Part shown: positions 51,001 to 61,252 of the stretch, piece after piece
Layout: each line of letters starts with the position of its first letter
Numbering within the stretch: the first letter of the stretch is position 1
Assembly: GCA_965113315.1 (NCBI GenBank)
Contig: OZ220378.1
Reading direction: 5' to 3' (one strand)
Source: Podarcis vaucheri
Taxonomy: Eukaryota
DNA: 64,000 nt
Translations under genes and position numbers: made by a program
Notes under the pieces: generated by a model
Database searches by the model: none
Told to the model about the DNA's origin: nothing
What the model saw: only the letters and a program-made list of their open reading frames with translations

Positions 51001-54000
51001 GATTCTGTGCTTGCTGGTCTGATGGGAGTTGAAATCCAAAACATCTGGAGGGCAGCAGGTCAGGAAAGGCCAGTATGCACTGTGACTTGTTTTAAAAGGG
51101 GCAGAGGGTTGAGAGCCACCCAAGACATCCCTGTGAGAGTCTGCTTGGCTTCCTCCCCACATCCTCCGGCTATGTTGGCTGAGGAAACGCTTAGACACTC
51201 TGCTTGGACTGTTTCCCTGACTCACGCATGATGAGAAGGAAGCTGTGCTGGGCCAAAGCCAAGGGCAAGGCATCATTACCATCAACACCACTAGTCATTA
51301 TTATTGGTATTCTTACACCCTATATTTTTCTAGGCACTGGAGATTAAGAAAGCAACATAGTCCTACTCGCAAGCTTATTGTCTAATGGGCAGGGATGCTG
51401 TTCCAAAGGACAGGGGCAGCCACACTAAAAGCCCTGCTCTGAGTTTACCGCAGAGCAGGCTTCTGAGATCTTTGGATCTTGCAAGATAAACTCTCCCGCA
51501 GACTGTTGCCATCTGCTGGGTGTATAAGGGATAAGCCGGTCCCTCAAGTAAACTGGACCAGAAGTGTATGTTACATGTCAGTGGCAACACCATGAACTTG
51601 GCCAGATAGTAAATTGGCAGCCAGAGGAAATCCTGCAAGAAAAGGTCTTACGTTTCAGAATGTAAACTCAGAACATCCATTGCTATACTCAAATGCCAAA
51701 GGACCTAGATTTCGCTGACCCAGATTATGGTGGTGGCAGTCTGCTGCATCTAGTAATTTTAAAATTTTGACCGTATTTAACTTGTTGCCATTAAGCAATG
51801 CTCACCTTTTTGAAGGATAGGTTGCATATAAATATTATATCCCATATGAAGAGTTTGGCTGGTCTTAACAGCAGCCATCATTTGCTATTTAAGCTACGGA
51901 ATGTCAAGTTTATGTATAATAATTCAGCCCTGAAACAGAAGGAAACCTTGGCATGCAACGCCACCTTCTCAGTTATATATCCACTACTGTTTCTGAGCAG
52001 AATTTTAACTTTTAATAACTCAATTACACCACACATAATAACGTAAAAAGAACCCTTCTGGATGAGCCCAGAGTCCCATCAAGCCCAGCATCCTGTTCCC
52101 ACAGGGGCCAACCAAATACCTGTGGGAAACCTTCAGGCAGGATCTGAGCACAAGAGCAGCTCTTCCCTCCTGCAGTTTCCTCCTGCAGTTTGCCTCCTAC
52201 TGTGGAGGCAGAGCATAGTAGCCATTGATAGCTTTATCCTCCATGAATTTGTCTAATCCTCTTTAAAGCCATCTAAGATAGGGACCGCCATGCCCTCGTG
52301 CAGGATGGATTTTCATTGTTTAACTATGCGCCGTGTAAAAAAAATCATTTCTTTTCTCTGTCCTGAGCTTTCCAACATTCAGCTTCCATGAATTCTAGCA
52401 TTGTGAGAGAGGGAGAAAATCTCCAGAATTGACAAGGAACTGTGCTAGGGTCTCCTCCACTTCATCAATGCAAAAACTTAAATAACCACAACTTTTAATT
52501 ACCGTATTTTTTGCACCATAACACTCACTTTTTTCCTCCTAGAAAGTAAGGGGAAATGTCTGTGCGTGTTATGGAGGAAATGCCTACGGGTGGCATGCCT
52601 ACGGATTTTCCTCCTCTAAAAACTACGTGCGTGTTATGGTCGGGTGCATGTTATAGAGCGAAAAATACGGTAATTCAAAAAAAGGGGAAACCGTAAATTA
52701 GATGGAATGTGCCCCTAATGGCCATGTGTGTCTCTCAGAGTGTGGCCACGTTCTGGAGTTCACCCCTAATCACCTTATTTCTCCTTGGCCTGTTAGCAGC
52801 ACGTGCTGGGGTATCGCTTGACCTTTTCCCCCATCTCCGTTGCTGCTGCAGGATGGAGCCTGTGCCAGGGCAGAGGCGTGGGACGTTTGAAAACCCCAGC
52901 CTGTGGAAAACAGGAAGCTTAAAGAAAACAGGGAGAGGGAGGGAAGGGGACCTGGTTCTGTGTAGGCTCATTGTGAGCGGCAGAGGGGCTCTCTGCTGAG
53001 TCAGCATGAGCGCAAAAACCTTCTCCGAGGCTAAGGCAGGGTTGGCAAGAAGGGGAGCGGATGGCAGTTCCCCAAGCAAAACACACCTTTTGTTGTTGCA
53101 GATGTTTCGGACTCCAACTTCCAGAAGCTCTGCTAGTCAGCATGGCCAATAGCCGGGGGAGATGGGATCTGTAGTTCCGGGACATCTGGTGGGCTGGGGA
53201 GAAAAGTCCCTTTGGGGTTCAGTACAGAGGCTCACATCAAATTCTCTTTTTAAATTTTTTCCTTATATATAATTTTTATTAATTTTTCCATTTTACAGTT
53301 TAAAATACTCATTTAAACCTCCTTAAAAGATCAGTGACATCCCTTCTTCTTTTTCCATGGTTCATTTTGCATATCATAAGTCCCTGCATATTTTACAAAA
53401 AGCCATTCAGTATTCTATTATTGCATCCATCAAAACTTATTTACACTATTGAAATTATCTTAATGCTGCCAACATTTTCAAGTGTATAAAATTTTCCACC
53501 ATATATTCAATAAGGGTCTTCTTACTCTCTTATTCTGTATGTTAAATCTGCAAGCTGCGCATATTCTGCCAGCTTAAGTTGCCATTCTTCTTTAGTTGGG
53601 ACTTCGCTTGTTTTTCTGTTTTTGGGCTAGCAAAACATGAGCCGCAGTAGTGGCATACATAAATAACCTTTTTTCCTTTCCTTTCCTTTTTTTTTTTTTT
53701 TTGGCTCACACAAAGTTCTCAGTCAGAATTATTCAGAATTGCATTACAGGATAGAATCCAAAATAGCCTGTGGAAGCATTTCCATTAGCACACATCCTAG
53801 ATGGGCAAAATATATGTCATCTTGGCCAGTTATTTTCCAGTCAACCAACCTTCTGCCGCCTGAGTGCCACACTATCTGTTCTTCCAATCAGAGTCCTTGG
53901 AAACACTTCCTCAAGTTTTTTGCTGTACAGTGGTACCTCAGGTTACATACGCTTCAGGTTAAAGACTCCGCTAACCCAGAAATAGTGCTTCAGATTAAGA

Positions 54001-55384
54001 ACTTTGCTTCAGGATGAGAACAGAAATCGTGCTCTGGCGGCGTGGCGGCAGCAGGAGGCCCCATTAGCTAAAGTGGTGCTTCAGGTTAAGAACAGTTTCA
54101 GGTTAAGTATAGACCTCCGGAACGAATTAAGTACTTAACCTGAGGTACCACTGTACATGCAGAGCCCTCCTTGTACCTTATCTAGAGTTGTTTTTCACTC
54201 TTAACAGTCAGTGTTAGGTTTCCTCCTGAATCCAGTTTTGTGGTCATACAGCCCTCTTACGTAGTAACACTGGTCATATTGAGTTTTGCAGAATTTCTAC
54301 CTCACCCTGCCCCTTGCAGTTTCCCCCTCTTTGCCCTCTCCACTGGTGCACAGTCATGGCCAAGTAGCCTGTATCAGCTGCTCTCCTTTATAATAATATC
54401 ATGCTTATCATTCATGTAGCATGAATGCTTTTCACTTATGAAGCTCTTTCACATTTTACTTGGTGAGCCTTACTGCAGTCTTGACCTTTAACTGCAGTAT
54501 AATTATTAGCTCCAAAACATAATAATACACACACAGACGTACATATAACACAGATATATTATTATTCTTTCATTTATATCCCACCTTTTTCTCCAAGGAG
54601 CTCAGGGTGGTGTAGATGGTTGCCCTCCCCACAACAACCCTGCGAGTTAGGTTTCCAGGGGACAATTTGTTTGTAGAGGTCTGGCTTTATTTTATTACAT
54701 ATTTTATTACATATTTATTACATATGTCAATAAGCAATAACATGGTCTGTCCCCTCTCTCTGCTTATCAATGGATTTGGTTAATCCAATACTATAGGATG
54801 CAATTCCTCTTTAAGATTCTTTCCACCCACAGCATGCATGGTTTTATTTTATTCTATGTTTAAAATCCTCCTCATCTTTATATTTTAAATTACGCCAGCC
54901 TGGCGTGTATTTCTTTTTCTTAATCCAATGATGTCTTCTCTTTCAGTCACTTTTCTTGCTTTCTTTGTAGTAATAAAAAGGAAAAAGGGGGAAAAAAACC
55001 CAAGCAAACCTTTCTCTCCTTGTAGGTTGGGGTATTGCAGTACAGTGAGGTTGCTGTCCACGAATGGACTCTGAAGGATTACCAAACAGCAGAGGAGGTC
55101 ATTGAAGCCGCCAAAAACATCAGCCGCCAGGAGGGGCTCGAAACTAGGACAGCGTCTGCCATTCACAAAGCCTGGTGTGTGTTTGTGTTTGTGTGTGTGT
55201 GTGTGTGTGTCTCTTGATCCTGACAGAGACAGACAAGCAGGAGCCCAGCTCACGTCAAAAGAGGCATTTTGCAAAGAAGCAAGTGGCTTTATTGGGGTGT
55301 GTGTGTTGTGTTTTGAATGAGCTCTGATGGTCTGGTGTGTATGGTCTCTCAGCCTGACCTACCTCACAGGGTTGTTGTGAGGAT

Positions 55385-55418
<34 letters not shown>

Positions 55419-58400
55419 CTTATTTATACCCCGCCCATCTGGCTGGGTTTCCCCAGCCACTCTGGGTGGCTCACAACAGAATATTAAAAACATGATAAAA
55501 CATCAAACATTAAAAACTTCCCTAAACAGGGTTGTATTCAGATGTCTTCTAAAAGTCACATAGTTGTTTATTTCCATGACTTCTGATGGGAGGGTGTTTT
55601 CCAGGGCGGGTGCCACCACTGAGAAGGCCCTCTGCCTGGTTCCCTGTAGCCTCGCTTCTCACAGTGAGGGAACCTCCAGAAGGCCCTCAGAGCTGGACCT
55701 CAGTGTTGGGTGGAGACGCTCCTTCAGGCATACTGGGCCGAGGCTGTTTAGGGCTTTAAAGGCCAGCACCAACACTTTGAATTGTTCTCAGAAACTGGGA
55801 GCCAATGTAAGACTTTCAGGACAGGTGTTATAGAGCCTTGTACAGCACCTTGGAGGAAAGATGGGAAGGAAAAGCAGCAAGTAAATAAATAAATAAACAA
55901 ATTCTGCATTTCAACATGGTTTGTGCATCCTGGCAGATGGTGCTCTGGTGAGTCGGATCTGTTAGGCTTCCATTGGTGCTGGTCTGAATGGCAGACAAAA
56001 TCTTGCCCACCGCCAGTGTCTCCAAGAAACGCCATTCTCAGAACAGGAGTGCATCTCGGTTATCCTCCCTCCTCACCTCTTGTTTCTCTCTTCAGCACAG
56101 AGGCCTTTAGCCCAGAAAGAGGTGGGAGAGAGGGAGCCACCAAGCTGATGATTGTGGTGACTGACGGGGAGTCCCACGATGGCGAAGAACTCCAAGACGC
56201 CCTGGAAGAGTGTGAGAAACGGAACGTGACACGCTACGCCATTGCAGTGAGCATGCGCTGGTGCCAGGAGGCTTTTGGGTGGCGGCAGTGATGTGGGTGT
56301 GCATGCGTGTGAAAAAGAGAGGGAGCAAGGGCTGGGAGAGGTGCCACGTGAAAAAGAGTTCAAAGCAGGTTCTTCTGCCATGATTCCACGTTTAGCTTCC
56401 TTCCGCCTTGACAGATAATAAGGGCTTCATTACTAAATGGTTTCAGTACTAAATTTAATATTGGTTCATTCCAATTTGCATATGAAGGAGCTGCAAATTT
56501 ATATATTTAATGATTTCAGTGTGAAAGAGGCGGAAGTTGACATGCTCTTCTGAGATAACTAGCAGAATCTATTGCTTGAATCCTTTTGTATTGCTCTCTC
56601 TTGGTCCCCACTATTGTATTCATCCCCCACCCACCCAAATATTTTCAGGTGAGTTTCAAGTAGGGAGGTAAGAAGGGCATTGCTTTCTGTCTCACCCTGT
56701 GTTCCTCCCATGCAGCCCTTGCTTCTGTTCTCCTGCAGTCCACCCTTTTCTAAAAACAACATTATTCACCTCGCTTTCCACCATCGTGACATAAATTACG
56801 TTATTCCACCTCATTAATTACGTTATTCCACCTCATTAATTTCCCAGCGCCTGCCAACCTAGCAGTTCGAAAGCACCCCCGGGGGCAAGTAGATAAATAG
56901 GTACCGCTTACCAGCGGGAAGGTAAACGGCGTTCCGTGTGCGGCTCTGGCTCGCCAGAGCAGCGTTGTCACGCTGGCCACGTGACCCGGAAGTGTCTCCG
57001 GACAGCGCTGGCCCCCGGCCAATAGATGTGAGATGGGCGCACAAACCCCAGAGTCTGTCAAGACTGGCCCGTTTGGGCAGGGATACCTTTACCTTTACCT
57101 TTAATTTCAGTGCAGAGGAAGCACAATGCAAATGGTGGTGGTGAGGGAAATGTAACCAACTGCAAATTGTTTGTGGACTGAAATCAACAACAACAGTGAA
57201 TACCAGTCATATCTGCTGGATTGATTCCCGTTCCAGACATTAAACAAATAAGCAAACGTGGGCAATTTTCTGCTCCCGTTTCCATTTTCTGCGGAATTCT
57301 CTTACACCCTTAGTTGTCATAATGTGTCATAATGAGCACTTTTTGCACCTCAAACATTTTTTGAAAAATGGCTTTTGTTTCCTCAGGTGTTGGGGCACTA
57401 CATTCGGCGGCAGAAAGACCCGGACTCTTTCATCAATGAGATTAAATACATTGCCAGCGACCCTGATGAGAAGTATTTCTTCAACGTGACTGATGAGGCG
57501 GCCCTGAATGATATTGTGGATGCCTTAGGGGACAGGATATTTAGCCTTGAAGGTTCGAGAAGGGGGAGGATGAAAAAGGGGGGAGGCTACCACCAGATTC
57601 CCTGTGGTTTATGAAAGTTAAACAAAATGGAGTGCAGAAGAAGTGTTAGTAGGAAGCTCTCTAACACCCCCTTCATAACAAGCTCCCAGCTGACTTTGTA
57701 AACTTCAGTATGAGTGGGGCACAGTGCTGGCTCAAATCTTAAGGGCCCTCAGCACTGGGGCCCTTTTCTGCACCAATAGCACCCCTGTTGGGCTTACACG
57801 GTAGTGGCCACAGTCCGTGTCGGGTGACCCTTCATTTTAATTTCCCGCAGTCCCCTAGAGTAACAGGACATTGGGAGCACTGTGGAGGATTTAAAATAGT
57901 GGCTTCCTTTGCCAAAAGCTGTGTGGTGATACCACACAAGCATAATATTCTCTGCTGAGGGAGATTTGGATAAATCTTATAATGGGGGGCATTTGCAATG
58001 GAGAATTGGCAGGGCAGATTAAGCCCCTTCCCTCCCTGTCAGTGCTCACCTGCTATTTCAGCAAACAGAGCACACCTTGTTCATTTATCAATCTGCCTAC
58101 TATATTTATCTTACTACTTTGTTGTAAAAAGAGGTGTGCAACTATTAACAGATTTCTTCTCCCCCCCCCCTTCTCCTCAGGGACCCCTGAATACAGCTCA
58201 TTTGAGTTGGAAATGTCTCAGGTTGGCTTCTCTATGCACCTCCTTGAGGTATGAAGATACATTGTGGTGCAAAGTGTGGTTCTCAAACCTTCCCTCATGG
58301 ACCATTTGAAAATTGCAGAGGTTCTTGGCCTCACCACTTAAGGATTGTTCTGCCTGTTTGTAGCTTTTGTAATGCTGTATGACTTCTATTTGTAATGTTA

Positions 58401-60685
58401 TGGGCTTCAGAGGGTTCGGTCTGGATGACCCCTTAAGATCCTTTCCAAACCTGGGATCCGGTGTATCAAAGGCTAGAGTCTATAGAAGAAAGCTGACTGA
58501 AGTGAGCAGGCCAGTTCCCATGTCAAGATAAAGGCCTTAGCTAATCAGCTAAGTGCCGGTCATTCGCATCTTCAAGGAGTGAGCTCTGTTTCCATAGAGA
58601 CAAATAGCGAGACTTGTCTCACTTCACCAGGCTGGATACCTTAGCATCCTAGGAATGATAGGACAAAGCAGGGAGTTGTGGGTGAGAGTTTGGCTGGTGC
58701 TGGAAGCTGGATACACAGAGATGTGTGTGCTCTGTGTTGGATTTGGGCCTTGAAATATAATAGGAAAGCAGGATCTCTTGGGGTACGAATGCTGTGAGCC
58801 CCTCCATCCTCCATGCTCAGGTTGTATAAATGTGTAAATACAATCATATACACTAAAGACACCACAGTCTCCGTTGTTGACCTTCAATCCAAGACAGCCA
58901 AACCCTGGTTAAGCAGGCACCATTATTTTTTACAGAGCTATGAATTAAGTTCATGGGTCTCTCCGTTGGTCCACAGACCACAGTTTGGGAACCACAAAGG
59001 GTAAACTGACACGCCCAAGTTTAGCCAACGCGATGTCTTCCTAAGGTAGTTGGACTTCATCTCCCATGAGCTCTTGCCCAGTGGCCATTACTGCTTGGGG
59101 CTGATGGGAGTCATGGTGCAACAGCATATGGTACACCCCCTGCTGGCTACCTCTGGTATCACTGCGTGAAAGGCAGGGGCAAATGGTTTCGGCTGCAGTC
59201 TTACTTGTGTTGTCTGGCTGGACTGCTTATGTATCTGCTTGTTCCCTGGCAGGACGGGATCCTCTTTGGCATGGTAGGGGCATATGACTGGGATGGCGCA
59301 GTCTTGAAGGAGAGCAGGAGTGGGCGGTTCATCCCGCCAAGGGAGGCCTTTGAGAGGGAGTTCCCCCTGAGGCTGAAAAACCACGCAGCCTATCTGGGTA
59401 AGGAAGGATGCCGCTTCCCATTATACAGGGAGGGAAAGAGTGGAGACCCACAAAGGGCACAAAGATAAAATCAGACCACCTGCAGGATCAGGCCAGAGGT
59501 CCTTGTAGCGCAACATCATAGAGGCCTCTGGGAAGTCCACAAGGAGATCAGGAAGCCAGTAGTCCTCCCCTGGTATCCACAGGTAGACTTGCCCTGTACA
59601 TGGAGGTTTCATTTAATAGTCAAGGCACTTGGCAGGCCTGTTCTTCACCCCATCTCCCCAGTTCTCAGTGGCTATTTGTTTCCAAAATCAAGGTGATAAA
59701 ATGATCCCAGCATGTTTCAAGCACGGCTCCTGTTCAGAATAGAAAACTAAAGTGAGAATCATTTGTTTTGTTTGTTTGTTAAACCACTGGCTTATGTAGG
59801 ATGAATAAAAGCAAGGCAGTCCTTTGCTTTCCCCTTTCACCAAGTGTGTGAGGCCAGTCATTCCTTGGCCCATTTTGCAGAAAGAAAAGCTTAAGGCTGT
59901 GAGTGAAAAGCTAGCCAATTAGTTCAGGGCAAAACAAGAGTCCGCACAGCTTTATTATTTCTCTCTCTCTTTTCCTTCCCCAGGATACACAGTCTCCTCT
60001 ATCAAGCTCAGGAACGGGAAGGGGCTGTATGTGGCTGGTGCCCCCCGCTTCAAGCACAAGGGGAAAGTGATCCTGTTTGAGATGAGCAGCGATGGCAGCG
60101 TAACCATTTCCCAGGCCCTTACTGGGGACCAAGTGAGTTTCGGGGCAGTGGAGATGATAGTAGCTGATTTCTGGAGTGACAACCGCATCCCTAGAGACTT
60201 TGTTCTTTCATTCCTGAATATGTGTGCAGTTACTGAGAGAAGAGAGTAAAAGACAGTCTGTACATGATCAGAGACACTCATCCCTTTCATACAACCTCAC
60301 CTGCTGGCTATGGCTGAGGCCCAAACTCATTATGGTGGGACAAGGCAGGGGTTAGGGGTGCTGCTCCTTAGGGGAGGGAGATTCAACCCTTCCACTATCT
60401 TCGCAGGCACAACAAGAACTCGTGACACAGAACTTTGGGGTCCAAATAGATGGAGGTGGTTTCCAGCACAATTTATAGCAGCCAAGGATGGGTTGGGGGT
60501 GATGGAGGTCATTATGGATTGGGGACTGAACTGAAATACCCTCTGCACCTGAATGTAAATACCTGAATGTATTGGTTTTTTTCTACAGTGCCATCTATGC
60601 AGGTGGTGCTTTATAAAGAGCAGGTTTTTGAAAACTCTGAATTCCTCAAGATTCTGAGTCTTGCAGGACCACACACACACACAAT

Positions 60686-60737
<52 letters not shown>

Positions 60738-61221
60738 GATAGATAGCGATGAAATTGCCCCCTGGAGCTCTGAGTTTGCATCTAGGTGTCTGGGGGGTGC
60801 ATCTTTCTTTATTGAGATCTGGAAATGTGTAAAATCAGGATTAAGGTGCAGGATTGTGCTGATGTCCAGTGCAGAAGAACTTGTGCAATTCTGACATAGC
60901 AGGTGGCGTCTTTCTCTGCAGATTGGCTCCTACTTTGGCAGTGAAATGTGCCCGGTGGATGTGAATGGAGATGGAATCACAGACGTACTGCTGGTGGCTG
61001 CCCCCATGTATCTGGGCCCACAGAACAAAGAGACAGGCCGCGTTTACATCTACAAAGTGGGGCAGGTGAGTGTTGTTGTTTTGGTTTTTAAAAAAACCTC
61101 TTTTTTATGAAGGGTTTTCTATAAAGAGTTAGCAGGAATACAGACAATAGCAATGGGAAACGACAATGTCTCCATCATCATACATTAGCACAATACAGCA
61201 GTACAATACATTAGTACAATA

Positions 61222-61252
<31 letters not shown>
